Of a stretch of DNA of 64,000 nucleotides, positions 27,106-41,685 are shown piece after piece (positions within the stretch are counted from its first letter, which is position 1; the number at the start of each line of letters is the position of its first letter). The position numbers were made by a program, and so were the translations under genes. The DNA comes from the human T2T-CHM13v2.0 reference genome, Homo sapiens. The DNA is taken from NCBI RefSeq assembly GCF_009914755.1, contig NC_060937.1; one strand, given 5' to 3'. The notes below the pieces were generated by a model that made no database searches, had not been told where the DNA came from, and saw only the letters and a list, made by a program, of their open reading frames with translations.

Positions 27106-27954
27106 CTGGTACATAACAAAAAGCATGATTGATTGGCTTGATTCTTTCAGGGAACTCAGTCTGAAAACCAGTAAAAATCTTACGTGTCTGAATAGTGTAA
27201 TCATTCCAATACATTTCTACTAAGAAATTAGTTTCTGAAATTAAGGCCACAGCCTGAGGTAAGACAGAAGTCAATAAAAAGTTCTGTAAAATACTGCTTA
27301 TTTATGAATTTGGTTAAAATAATAACTTTCAAAGCACAAAGATAACACCTAAATAATTTTAAGAATTACCCAAGAACACATGGCTCATTTTCTTTTTTCT
27401 GCATCTAAAATGTCCTAACACAGCCGACTTGCTATTATTTAGGTTGAGAGTATCCATAGTGTAACTTGAAAATGACCCTTACTGAGAAATAGCATGACAC
27501 ACTACATCTTCAAGCTTATCAGCTGAGGCAAATGCCACAGTAGCCTAAAGAGTAATTTTATTTGCTCAGGACTTCAGTGAGACCTATGAATGGGAACAAA
27601 GAAATGAAACCTTTTGCATATGACCACATCTCCATACCGATCACATAGAATATTTTAAGTGATGATAATCCATGATGGTATAGTACATTTGTAATAATGA
27701 AAAAATATGTGCAAATACCAAACATTTATATATACAATACAAATCATTTGTTAATATATTGTTTACACAAGGATAATTATGCAAATCATTAGACAGAAGC
27801 ACAGAAAAATTATGTATTTGCAATACAAGTAAAGATAAAATACATTAACATTGAAAAACCTGTGGTAGAAATGGCAACCTTTAGAAGAGATGCTTTGGTT
27901 GTATTACATTAAAAATGAGTATCTTAGAAGTCATGAAGCTACAAGAATCCATAC

Positions 27955-28179
27955 CTCTCCCACTGCTTTGACTTTGTTTCCCAGAACTAACATTCCAATT
28001 GGGATACCTCTAAGGTTAGGGCAGCTTCTGATGTTGTGACCTGAAGGTCCCGTCTTCACTACCTTGTACATGCCTGGCCCTCCTCGCAAGAATGGCATAT
28101 CTTGTTCTTGCATTGTTGCTTCCTGTGGGCAGCAGGAGTTTATGTCTTTGAAAAAGTCATCAGTATTAGTTTTAGATTC
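27955..28179 (-). CDS. MYCBP2: MYCBP2 coding exon, 225 nt, ESKTNTDDFFKD...NKVKAVGE
   Basis: ttttcag|GAA acceptor, GAG|gtatgg donor; ORF track 27931..28236; phase 0 to 0. Confidence 0.97.
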
Positions 28180-30792
28180 CTGAAAATTTGAATAGGAAAG
28201 AAAAATAAACAAAATACAATCTATTATCACTTTCAAAGCCTTCCTATTAATAGCTTTTATAGCAAGTCTACAGTACTGTCAATATAAAAAAAACACATAA
28301 CTAAAGATAACTGAAGAATTAGTCATTAGCACTAATTAAAGAATCTCAGTTTTTCAACAATGCTATTTAAAATAAAGTTGAAGGCAAGAAAATATAGCAG
28401 GAAACCAGTCAACCTCTGGCTTCTGCCCACCATAATTTGAGAAATATAATCATCCTTGATTTTACTTTTATCTTTAATGCAATATTTAAAGTTGGAAAAA
28501 TAAAAATACTATACTATGTGAACCACAAGGGAATAATTTTGAATCATTATTACTGCATTACTGTATATTGTTATGGGTAAAAAAAAGTCTAAATATTCAT
28601 TTCTTCCCATGTTGAAATAATTATTTATAAATAGAGAAAACAGGTATGAAGAATCTGAAAACTGATCCATAAGCAGAGATGATGAAAAATATGCATTAAA
28701 AATATAGCTATATCTTGCTATTTGTTAGTTATGAATGAAATATTGATGCTTACAATATTTTAACAACTTATACTCTCTAATATTGTACAAATAAAAACGT
28801 CTTGCTAGATTTGTTAAGCCATTACTATGCAGTGATACATTAATGCTAGTAACAGAAAAACAGACTATATTTTTAGTAGAAAGGAGAAATTAAACATGGA
28901 TTTAAGTAAATATAACGTAAATTTATTATTGAAAAGAGTCACTTCTAAAATGAAAGAACCTTCCCTAAATTTTCTGTTAAATTGTAATGCTGTGATAAAA
29001 TTGTTTCCTATGTGAATGTAATAAAGAGAAATAATAACCTTTCCATATTTTCTCTTTTTCCCAACTAAATGTAAATAAAGGGTCCACACTGGGTGTTCTC
29101 ATTGTCATCATTACTCCTTTAAAAGAGATTTAAAACTGCATTTTTAAATACAGTAATATGAACTCTATAATTTATTTCATATTCAGATAGAGTAATAGAT
29201 AACCATAAAGAGACACACATGCAAACATTAGGTTAAAACTGATATTTAATAATGTTATAAATAGAATAAAAATTTAACAACTAACATTATGCAAGATAAA
29301 ATTGTATTAAATAGTTCTATCCCTACCAGTAGCCTCATAATGAAGAGATATGTATACATGTTCATACACACAGTAACACAGTAGAATATTAAAAATAGAA
29401 TCCTCAGGTTTAAAAATATGTAGATTCAAGAATTCTGTATACCTGCTACTTTGTTAATTCCATACATGACTGGTCAGGGAAAATGTTAAAGTCACCATTA
29501 ACTTTCACATAATATTTTGTGAATCTCACTATAGTGATGAATAACCAATTTTTACTTATACAAATATGTACTAAGAAAAATTAATTTACATTTACTGTAA
29601 TTATATTTTATTTACCAATATTCTTTGGTTACATATTGGAAATTTAACGGAAATGAGAATTTTAAACACTCAAAAAACTTAGATTTACAACCGAAAATAA
29701 ATGTAAAATACGCATTTTATATACTCATCATATATATTTGTAAGAATTTATATATATGCAAACCTACATGAATACACAGAGAGCACTCAAGATAAAAATT
29801 GAGAGTAACACAGGTCTAAACTTTACATAGTACTTGCTATTACACTCACAAGATTTTCTGTAAACATTTTAAAATGTCTGTTTGTAAATGGTTAATAAAT
29901 AAATACATCATGCCATTTCATAGTTGGAAGGGGCAAGTTTTAATCCCACTCACAACTGATTCTTAAAAATTACATGGCAACATAAAAAAGCAAATATCCA
30001 TAGATTTAGCAAAAAAACCCAACTTCACTGGTATTTAATAATATTCCTAGTGCATTTAATTAATTATAACAATAATTCTAACTTTTGATCATTCAGGGTA
30101 ACACTGGGAGTTAAGCCTTGGCACAACTAATTATAATTGCAAACTAGTCACTGAAAGGCAATTATGAAAACTTGTTAAAAATTTAAAATAATATTTTATT
30201 GAAAAGGTAATAAAACTATATTAATAAGTATAAAACAAAGTTTATCCAATTCTTGTGCTAAACAGTATAAAACACTGACAGACATAAAGTCATAGAACTG
30301 TGCCTATCATGCTCAAGCAATAGTAAAATACATGCTTTATTCAATACAGAAATGTAAGACCCAGGTACCAGCATATTAAATTCATGAATTTCAATATTAT
30401 TATTTTCTCCCTCCATTCCCATCCCATTCTCAGATGAACATTCAAAGAGGGAATGTGAAAGTGTTGGCAGCAGAAAAAATAAAAGAGCCATAAGGCCAGG
30501 ACACTGTCACCTAAATAAGTTAGTTGTGAAAACACTAATCTTAGATATAGTCATTGGAAAAGCTACTCATAAAACTAAATATAGCAAATTTGAAGTCATG
30601 TGGAAGTATCACTTAAACTAATAATACATTCTTTTTGGCAGGAGTGAGAAAACTCAATTGCAGCACTTCATATAGATCTTTTTTTGGTTAAAAGGTTTTA
30701 TTAATCTTAAGCAAAGGTTTTAAAGACACAAAATTTGTTATACATGCTGAAATACCTGAATAAAATATTATTGTTCCTTACAGTTAACTCAC

Positions 30793-30867
30793 CTGGGGGA
30801 AAAAAGCTTTGGAAGTCCATGAAAATACGTCCAAATCCCTGACTCCTTGGCTAGCATTAAAGATATT
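30793..30867 (-). CDS. MYCBP2: MYCBP2 alternative cassette exon, 75 nt, NIFNASQGVRDLDVFSWTSKAFFPQ
   Basis: Pyrimidine tract plus ctcag|AAT, strong CAG|gtgagt donor, 25 open codons, symmetric phase 0; peptide recalled from mouse Phr1. Confidence 0.9.
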
Positions 30868-31922
30868 CTGAGCAACAAAGTTTAAGAAAGAAAAATATCA
30901 ACAAAGAAAGGGAACAGGATATCATCTGCAGAAGATGCGTGCACAGTAACAACATTTTTCTGTACTCTAGCACCAACATGGAAATATTATTTTACTAAAG
31001 AGAAACTGAAGCCATCTGAGTAAACAACACACCGAAGAAATTCTGTCTGATAAGTAAGTTTTTGTCAGAAGCTCTCCATGGATATAGTGTGTCATGCCAT
31101 TTACTAAAATTAAGAGCCAGACGTTGTTATAAAGCTTAAGATACTCAATGCAAGAAAGAAACCTTAAAATTCTTTAAATGAGGATGTATTTGTTCTAATA
31201 CAAGCCAGATTTGTTTTATGACAGAAACCAGTCTGCTGTTTTATAATAAAAATGGAAATGATATCGATTGTATAGAAAATGCAATTATCATTATGAATAA
31301 TAATGGCATGTAGTTTACGTGAACTTATCACTTTTTGAAGTACAAAAATAAAAATAAAAACTAAAAAAGTAAAAAATAAAAAGTCTGAGTCATTTTTTTC
31401 AATTTTCCTTCCCTTTATAAGTAGGAAAAAATTCATTTGGAAATGTTTCTGAATGCTACTAACAAATTTGATAAGAAAAACATAATACATACAATCAATT
31501 TTTTATCAAAAGATAAAAATGTAATCAATTTTATCAAAAGACAGGCCTACTTTTCTCTATCTCAAAGTTTAGGAAATGCAGAGCATTTAGGATCTCTAAG
31601 TTTAAGTCTAAAAATGTTTTGTTAAGGAACAATTAATTCACAGAAACGTTATCCTAGAAAAATTAACATCTTCACAAAATGTTTTACTGATAATTTAAAT
31701 GATATACATTTTCGTAGTTATCTCATGCTATCAATCTATATTTATCTGATTTGAAATTAAAATCTTTCTAGTGAGTAGCAATTGCACAATTTTATTGCTT
31801 ATGTAAATATTATGATAAACGGTTATTTTGAACCAAAAAAGAGGACATTCAAAATATTAATAAAAAAGATCAACTAAGACTTCAACAAAAAAGAAACATC
31901 AAAATTCCTTATCAATTATAAG

Positions 31923-32008
31923 TCATTTTAGATAATGAAACTTTTCTCATTATCTCATTTTAGATAATGAAACTTTTCTCATTATCTCATTTTAGATAAT
32001 GAGACTTT
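31923..32008. repeat. 32-bp tandem repeat (about 2.7 copies) with internal inverted repeats
   Basis: Unit tcattttagataatgaaacttttctcattatc at 31923, 31955 and (partial) 31987. Confidence 0.9.
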
Positions 32009-32873
32009 ATTTACTGTTTTCTAGTTCTATATTTTCCATATCCATATATATATATGGATATATACATATATATGTACAGATGAATGTGGGTACACACCCA
32101 TCTACATAAATATATACTAATTCATAAATATAAGACATATAAAACTCTAAACAAAGTGTCTAATAATATGCCTACAAATAAATGTAAACCAAAACCAAAG
32201 CCAACTGCCCCCTAATTAAAAGTGGATAGGGAATACGTCCTTTCTCTTTAGGTAAAGTGAAAAACATATTGCAGAGCATTTTGAAGTGCTATGTTTTAGG
32301 GGAAAAATGTCTATACTGGTTCATCCACGTATATAAGAATTTGTAGAGTACTTGGTCAATGGGTTTTTCTCCCTTACAAAGCATAGTGGGACAGACTTTT
32401 TGACATAAAACAATATCACTTTTTTTTAGCGTATTCTATTTTTTAGCATAAATTATTCTAGTATTAAAGTAACATGAAAGGCAATTGTTAAAAGTAATGC
32501 AGGTAAAGTTAGTGATAAAGAAGCAATGTGATGACTGGTTGACAATATTTAAAGCTTATGTCTCTCTTTTAAGTCAATGTGCAAACATAAGTGCTTTCTC
32601 AGTCAACAACATGTACAATGATATTTTAAAATGATGTTAACTGCTAACTGTGGTAATAAATTGCCAATAAAATCAATTCTGTATATGCTTCCATGTAAAT
32701 TGAAACTTTATACTTTTTTGCTTTTGTTCTGCAGTTGTAGAAAATTCTTAATTCACACTGGTTTACCCTAAGATTATTTTCAAAATGCAATGTCCTAATA
32801 AAACTGCATTTATCAAGAAGCAGAAATTTGACTAACAGAAAGCTGGAGTTTAAAAATAAAATATACTTGAATA

Positions 32874-33122
32874 GCTGGGTGAGTAGTGCATGCCTATACT
32901 CGTAGCTATTCAGAAGGCTGAGACAGGAGGATTGCTTGAATCCAGGAGTTCGAGACCAGCCTGGATAAGACAGAGAGACCTCGTCTCTACAAAATAATTT
33001 AAAAATATAGCTCGGCATGGTAGTACATGCCTGTAGTCACAGCTACGTGGGAAGCTGAGAAGGCAGGACTCCTTGAGCCCAGAAGTTCAAGTCCAGCTTG
33101 GGCAACAACAAGACTTCATCTC
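32874..33122 (+). mobile_element. Atypical Alu made of two left-monomer-like (FLAM-like) arms
   Basis: Second arm lacks the 31-nt right-arm insert (agaagttcaagtccagcttggg); TSD acttgaatag flanks element plus CA tail. Confidence 0.8.
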
Positions 33123-33123
33123 A

Positions 33124-33180
33124 AACACACACACACACACACACACACAAACAAACACACACACACACACACACACACAC
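33124..33180. repeat. (CA)n microsatellite, interrupted
   Basis: Two CA runs separated by caaacaaa. Confidence 0.97.
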
Positions 33181-33921
33181 TTGAATAGTGTTCTTTGGAA
33201 ATTTAGAAATGTTTTAGTCTAAAGATATGAACATTCAGGAAAATGTTAATTTTTCCAAAGCCCCAATTTCTCACTATTAAAATATGTTAGCTTTCATATA
33301 GTATAATTTCACAGATTATTATAAGCACAGCTTGTGTGTGCATGTGTATATACGAACACACATATATATAAAATAACATTTCATTCTCAAATACTATTTT
33401 AAAGGCAGAAAAGTTCTGTCAAGAAAATTAGAAAATTAAAGCATACTGGGAATCTAACTAAATTAATGAACACCAAATTGCAACTCTAAGCTGATAATCT
33501 TTCATGGCGTAGAAAAGAGACCAACAAGTGAATAATTATCACAGTGAAAATAAGTGACCAACCATGCCAAATGCTCATGCAAATAAAAGAAAAAAATCTT
33601 TCCTTGTGTTAGATAAGCACAAAGCTAAGAATTGCCATTGTTAAAGCAAAATGATGAAATGACTCAGGAAAATTAAGAATAGCGTATATATATTATTACA
33701 ATCTTAATTTAACTGTTTTAATCTCATTCTGTTTACGAAACTTTAACACTAAGCTAAAGAATGAAATAAAGCTGTTCTTAACCATATAAGAACAGCACAT
33801 TTACTAATGTTGTATTAAGTTAATATTATTGAGATTAAAACACGGGTTATGTATACACATACACACAAAGCTATTAACAAAATCAGGAAATCTGGGGTAT
33901 GTTAAAGCTGTGACTGCTAAG

Positions 33922-33991
33922 TGTTATTAGGCAAAAAGGAATGAAATTGGATTTAATGTTATTAGGTAAAAAGGAATGAAATTGGATTTAA
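33922..33991. repeat. 35-bp direct tandem duplication
   Basis: tgttattagg(c/t)aaaaaggaatgaaattggatttaa x2, one mismatch. Confidence 0.95.
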
Positions 33992-34784
33992 AATGCAAGA
34001 AACATTTGCCAATTTTATCAATTAACCCAGGTGAAGCTATACAAACAAGATTAACAAATGATACTTTCTCTTCAACTCTACTTCAAATCTTTCAGGTCCC
34101 AAAATTTGGAAAATCAGTATACTTTCTATATGTGAACACCCATCAGCCTAAAATAAGAAGTAATCTGTATAAATGCATGGAGATATACAGAAACTCAATT
34201 CTGTAAGAATTCAGATTATATGGGAACTATAAAGATACCTCAGAATACTTCCATTTGTCTATCATCTACTTCCCTTGATATAAACTTTCTCTTCCACTCA
34301 ACCCCCCTCACAATGTTAAAAGATCTCATTTTTGACAGAGTACCCAAAGAATTGGGTGTGTAAGTTTGAAACCATTAACATCTCCTATCATAGAAGTACA
34401 CTTGTTTTCCAAAAAATTAAGCTTGTGATTCCAGAGTCTAATGTCTTCCTTGGTAGGTGCATAATAAATTCTCTCTTCATCTTTTTACTTGCATTGTCCC
34501 TGATATTTGAAACATTCTACTAGCTCACATTTTGCAGATTCCACATCTTCAGAATTTTAATTTAAAATCAATCAATGTTCCCCAGGTATGCAATCAAAGA
34601 ATAACTCATGTCATCTTCAATACATATGGTATTCATCCTCATTCAACCATTAAGGTTATAAGTATTTATCTTTCTGTAGTTTGGCAGTTCTAGTCAAAGT
34701 AACAGGATTATTACAGCTATAGTTGCTTCATCCTTTTATAACTATATTTATCCTTATCTCTCCACTAGATTAATGCATACGGAA

Positions 34785-34950
34785 CATAAATGCATGGGCT
34801 TTGGAATCATATCAACTGGTGTTCCAATACCAGCTCCACTACTTTCTACTTGTGATCCTGGGTGAGTGGCTATCTTTACTCATTGCAAAAATGAGAATTA
34901 TAATATGCTTAACATCACAGGGTCACAATGAGGATTAAATGAGATAATTA
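34785..34950 (+). mobile_element. MIR SINE
   Basis: gcatgggctttggaatca...ccagctccactact...gaggattaaatgagataat. Confidence 0.8.
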
Positions 34951-35824
34951 AGGCAAGGAGCATATATATGTTAGAAATTATTTTAAACAGAATGATCATA
35001 TCAAATGCAAAGAACTAAAATTAAGCATCCACAAATGTGTAAAGCATCAACAAACTGTGAAAACCTACTATGAGCAAAGTGTAATTTTTAATGCTTAGGA
35101 AGAAACAAATGTGAGTGAGAAGGGATCCTGAATGAGTCCTTATCCTTAAGTAGCTTAAAAACAGAAATAAGAGGTACATAAACACAAATGGGCTGAAGGC
35201 AAGAAAAACAAATATTATGGGTAGCTGGAGAAAGAAGTAAGCCTTCTCTACTTCTACAGATTAAGTGCTGCCTGAGAAGGAAGAGAGAAAGCTATTCTCC
35301 CCAGTACATATCTGTTTTCCACCCTCAATTCTCTGCTTTACCTATATCAACTATTCATTAGTTCACATACATAGCATGTCCCCATAACTCTGAACATTTG
35401 ATTCTCTGTCTAGAAATTCCTTTACTGTTTCCTGGCAACTTTTCTTCAAGTCCTCCTCAAATGTCACTTAAGTGAAGCCATTCCACAACTTATCACAATG
35501 CAATTTAATTATGTGAATATGGTATGTCTACCACATTACATGGTGAGTACTCCAAGGATCAGAACTTCACCCCATGTTATTTACTCTGTATCCCTCCCCT
35601 CTGCATCTCCACCCAATGCCTACTTTCCAGCTTAGTATTTATTACTAACAAGAATGCAAATAAGAATTCTACGAATAAGAACTCAAATATTTACTAAATG
35701 AGCAATTAATGAATTAATGACTATAGCAAAAATGGAAAATAAAGAGAAGATCACCAACCAATTTTTGAGTCTGGACAACTTAAGATTAGAAAAAAATGGA
35801 AGTGAAACCATTCTAGATAAATTA

Positions 35825-36262
<438 letters not shown>

Positions 36263-37475
36263 CTACATAATTGATAATGAATGCCTCACAGAGGATCTGA
36301 ACCCTTCATCTATTTAGCTCTATCTTTCCCATTGACTTAAAAATTATTTTGGAAACGATACAGTCATAATATGAATGTCTAATGTTATTTTGTCTCTCAA
36401 CTAGAGCATTACTAAAAACAGTTAAAGTCACTTTGAACTAAATTAGGATATGAATATTTTTCAGTCAAATATGGTGTTTAAATAGAAAGACTGATAGATC
36501 CAAATTGAGCTAAAGTTCATACTTAACGATGAATACACGAATTCTAAAACATGAGTAAACAAGACAGCATGACAAGATCACTTTAAGGATTATCTAAAAT
36601 GGGTAATTATAGTAATCTTATTTTTAAAAATAATTCATCCAACATTCAGTCAGTGTTCAAACTTCCAATCTCTGCCCCCATTCCTCTCTCTATAGTTTGT
36701 TTGAGTTGGGATCCAAATAACGTGCACACATTGATGTCAATACAAAATTGTTTTAACTAGAAAAGGTTGAAGAGATAGACACAAACAGTGCTGAAGGCAA
36801 CTTTTCAGTACTTTCACTTCTTTTTAAGTTAGCAGCATTGGTGTTTGAATACTTCTAATTTGATTTCATATCTCCCAGCTTTCATTTTTTTATTGAGTCA
36901 TGTTTTACAATTAACAGCCATGATTAAAGTTCATTTACTTTAAACGAACTGAAGTAAGAAGGGAGAAAGATAGTTTTTCCAGCAGTAAATGTATAAGACA
37001 TACAAAAGAAGAGGCAGCAAGATGCAACTATTTAGGTGTGTTATTTCCTTGAGAAGATGAGAGGGAATCATTATTCTATGTCCTACCATGTTTAGCCCTG
37101 CACAGTCAGATACTCATAAAAAAAATGTACTGACTGCGTAAGGGGTCTGCCCTAGTCCCTACAGAAAATCATACCTGTCCCTGCCTATGCCAGGCCTCTG
37201 ACTCTGTATGAGTCCTCAGTTAATACCTGTACTGAAGTAACTTTATCCCAGATCTGTTTAGAGCCCTATGCCAATTAATTTTGCCATACTGTACCCCATC
37301 TGTCATCTTTGATCACCACCCAAAACATAAATCCTTATGTCATCTACCTGTTCTTTCATTTTTATACCAAACTGCTCTGTTTCTTCCTGATCCAAACTAT
37401 TCCCATCCCCCCATGACTTTAAATTGTGTCTTATGGACCCCTTCCTCCAATGGTAAACACATTGTTTTTATCTTT

Positions 37476-37757
37476 TTTTTCTTTTTTTTTTTTGAGACGG
37501 AGTCTCACTCTGTCACCCAGGCTGGAGTGCAGTGGTGTGATCTCAGCTCACTGCAACCTCTGCCTCCTGGGTTCAAGCAATTCTCTGCCTCAGCCTCCTG
37601 AGTAGCTGGGACTATAGGCGTCCACCACCACGCCTGGCTAATTTTTGTATTTTTAGTAGAGACAGGATTTCACCATCTTGAACTGCTAACCTTGTGATCC
37701 ACCCGTCTTGGCCTCCCAAAGTGCTGGCATAATAGGCGTGAGCCACCGTGCCCAGCC
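37476..37757 (-). mobile_element. Alu (S-type)
   Basis: Dimer; TSD tgtttttatcttt. Confidence 0.93.
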
Positions 37758-39109
37758 TGTTTTTATCTTTAACTTTGTGAGTCACATCATCTGTGTGTCT
37801 TCAAGTCCATGCAGATGATCTTCCACCTGCCTAACTTCTTAGTTCCTAGACTTAGGCACTTGTAGTGACTTCCACGTGCACTGCACTTCAGCCACCCTCC
37901 CATGGCAATGTAATAGAGTATCTCATTTGTTAAAGTGCCCTACCTATGATATCAAATACAAATATTCTACTTTATTGCCTGCATTTTTCCAACTCTTTAA
38001 CTATAGTGCATTCACTATATTGTTCTAGGATTTTATTAAATCTTCTAAATCCCTTGGACCTTCCATTTGTCCTTTCACATTTCTAACTTAGGTCTGAGTC
38101 CACATTCCCAGAACTGATAATCTTAATTGCTATTTCTGTCACAGCAGCTCAGCAACTAGTACTATAATTTGCTTTCTTGGCTCTTTCTTGGCTCTTTTAA
38201 TTCCAGACACTTAGGGCAATAAAGGACTAGGCAGGGGATTCCAGTTGGGTCTATACAGTGGTCTCATTGAGTCTTTAGTGGCCCAGTAATCCTTCAAACA
38301 ATATTTCAAATATTCATTGCATTTCTCAACCCCCTAACTTAACTCATTCTTTTGATTCTGAACTGATCGTTTTCCTATCTTCTATTTTAAGGGAACTTGT
38401 AGTCTCCCTCAACCTCTTCCCTTCGTCCCTCCCTCCTCTAAAACATAACTACTGCCATGCATATTCCCCTCTCTTTTACAGAAGCAAGCTCTCTAAGGTG
38501 CCCTTAATTCCATTTCCTCCTCCTGTTTCTCAGTCTTCAGTCTTGTCATCTATATCTTTAATTTCTCCCTTTTTCTACTAGTATCTTTCTTTTAACTTAT
38601 AAAACTCTCAAGTCACTACTACTCTTAAAATGAAGAAACCAAAAAAACCCTAGCTTCCTAACAATACCAGACACTCTTGAGCTGTTTACATTAACAACCT
38701 CCGCACTCACATTCCAGTGAAAACCACCCACAAGTATCTGTATGCCTCACTCCACTCCTTACCGCTCCTCTAACCTTTGTTACTCCCTTCTTTCCCTGAC
38801 CTTAAGGAGACTGTCTACTACAGATTGTCTCTTGGATGGGGTTCAAAAGCATCAAGTAACAGAACACAATGCTTTAAAATAAAATCGTGGGATTCAGAAT
38901 TGTGACAGATGGTACTTCTTGCTCTTCCTTTCTACTTTTGTTTATTGACTTGCTTTATCTGTGTGAGTATCTTTCTCTCCCAAAAGCAGCTCCTCAAATG
39001 AGCAAAGAAATCAGAGAAAATTTGGACTAGGAAGGTAGAAAAGATAATATAATCTGGAATAACATTTTATTAGGGACTTAAGAAAATTTTCTTAAATAAA
39101 ACACACAAT

Positions 39110-39521
<412 letters not shown>

Positions 39522-40834
39522 TCTCCCATCTGTATAAAAAACAAAAACCAACTCCCCCTTGCCCAACAAAAAAGTCTATATTGGAAAAAAAAACTGTACA
39601 AAAGTGGTTGCTATAATTATCTCTTTAAAATACACTTTCATAGAGGGTCAAAATCCTTTTTATTTTTAACTGCAGGTATAAATCTGAGGAAAATTTAATA
39701 AGACGTAATTGATGTAATTTTTTAATTTAAAATTTAGTATTTTACTTATAGATGTATCATTGTTCAACTTAACCTCCGTAAAGCAGTAAGCCAACACTCT
39801 AAATCTTCTTGATCACATATCTTCCTTCTCTTTCTTGCTCTCTGTCTATATACAGTCTCCACTGTGCTATTATAAAACATACACAAAAGCATATAAAAAA
39901 GAATGAGATCAATAAATAGAAATAGAAATTCCAATGTTTTCTTCACCAAAGAATTGTCTTGTATTATATAAACTACTGCTTTGGAGAACATTATTATGGA
40001 CAATCAAGGAGAAAGTCAAATGGAATATACTGAATGGTTTGATACAATAAGCTAACTTTATAAACGGATTTTTAAGAAATTCAACTGTTTAAAATACTAA
40101 GTTTTTAAATAAAATTTTACCCGTGCTATTTATTAGCTCTATCCTAAAGAGCACACACATTTGATGGTAATGAAAAAAGGAAAAATCATTCTTTCCTGGT
40201 TAATATATAAAACGAAGTGTGGGTTATTATTATACTTCATGAAGTAGCAATCTTGTGAACACTGGCTCTATTCTACTATACTCAACAAGGAGGTACAATG
40301 AATTCTCTCAAAGACTAGGATTTAACTTCAACTAGAATACAAAGGAGCACCACAAATCTAAATAATAGTATTATAAGCCGAGAAGGAAGAGAGTCAAAAT
40401 TAGACAGAACACACAGAACTATCTGCAAAATGTGAACATAACATACATTTATACATGTTTTTGAATGTATAATTCTGAGTTCATAAACTTTAGTTTGGAA
40501 TTCATTCCACACAGCTGTATAAATAAGAAAGAAAAAAATGTAACCACTCTCATTTTCTACCTCTTTGAAAGGAATTCAGTAGTTTTAATTAAGTAGCAAT
40601 TAATTAAATTTACTACTTCCTGCCTATCTGTGATGGATCATAATCTGCACTAAGGGCCTTAACCTTGCCAAACTTCACTTTCATTACACAGAAGCCCTTA
40701 AGAATTCAAGAAATTGTAAAGTAAAGGTTACTTAGTTGTGGGTTACCTCAGAACTGAAAAGCCTTAATTAAAGAAAGCTCTGTAAAACAAACAGCGTGTA
40801 TCTATAATGCTTTTTAAAACCACCTTTTACTTAC

Positions 40835-40975
40835 GTCAACAGGGACCAGAAGACTCTTGCCAAGATGTTGATTAAAAGAGAGGCACCAGGCTTCAGTGTA
40901 ACCATTCATGTTAGGGACATACTTCTTTATTGTCTCATCATTCAGCCTCAGCCACACACCATCATCATTATGGAT
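40835..40975 (-). CDS. MYCBP2: MYCBP2 coding exon, 141 nt, IHNDDGVWLRLNDE...GKSLLVPVD
   Basis: ttctatag|ATC acceptor, GAC|gtaagt donor; phase 0 to 0. Confidence 0.96.
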
Positions 40976-41685
40976 CTATAGAAAAAAGCAACAGAAACAA
41001 GCCAGGCCTTCCTGTAAGTCCTATGAGGCTAGCAAGGTCTGAAAGTCTGCAAAGCAGAAAAATGATGGTGCATGTGCAGATTAAGCATCTAGTTTTTGCA
41101 GAAAGTAAGTCTGAGAGACCCTCCAGGGAAAAAAAAAGCAGCAAAGAGTGCCAACACAATATGGTAATTCATGTGGCAAGACTGTAAAAACAATTTCACT
41201 TAGGAATAAAAACACAAGGAAACCACACTTTAAGATACATAAACAGTAAAATCAGATGTTTCCCAAAGGAATATGAGTCTTCCTTCCCTTATATTTATAT
41301 TTTAAGAAACAGAAGTTACTTGGTTATATTACCAGAAAAATATACTGTCCAAAGTTAAAGCAGTAAGAAACACATTTCAAAACAAACAACATTTTAAAAT
41401 GTCATGAAGAACTATACCCATTTTCAGTGAATACATGTACAGGTTCTGAATACTATGTCGAACATTGTTCTTTTCATGTTCAAAATATAATTTTAGTTAT
41501 TTTTTAATGATAAAATAAATGAAATGTTTGAAACTCAATGAACACATTCTATAAAATAGTTTTAAAATATTTCCCAAACTGCTTAAAACATATTCTGACA
41601 AAAAACTCAGTAACCTTATTATTATGCAAACAATGCAAAAACTTTCTGTCCAAAATTTACTACCAAAAGCTCCTTTATCAATTAC

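Noticed and set aside
40930-41187. His-rich 85-aa plus-strand ORF
   Set aside because: The His run is the antisense reading of GAT/GTG codons in the MYCBP2 exon
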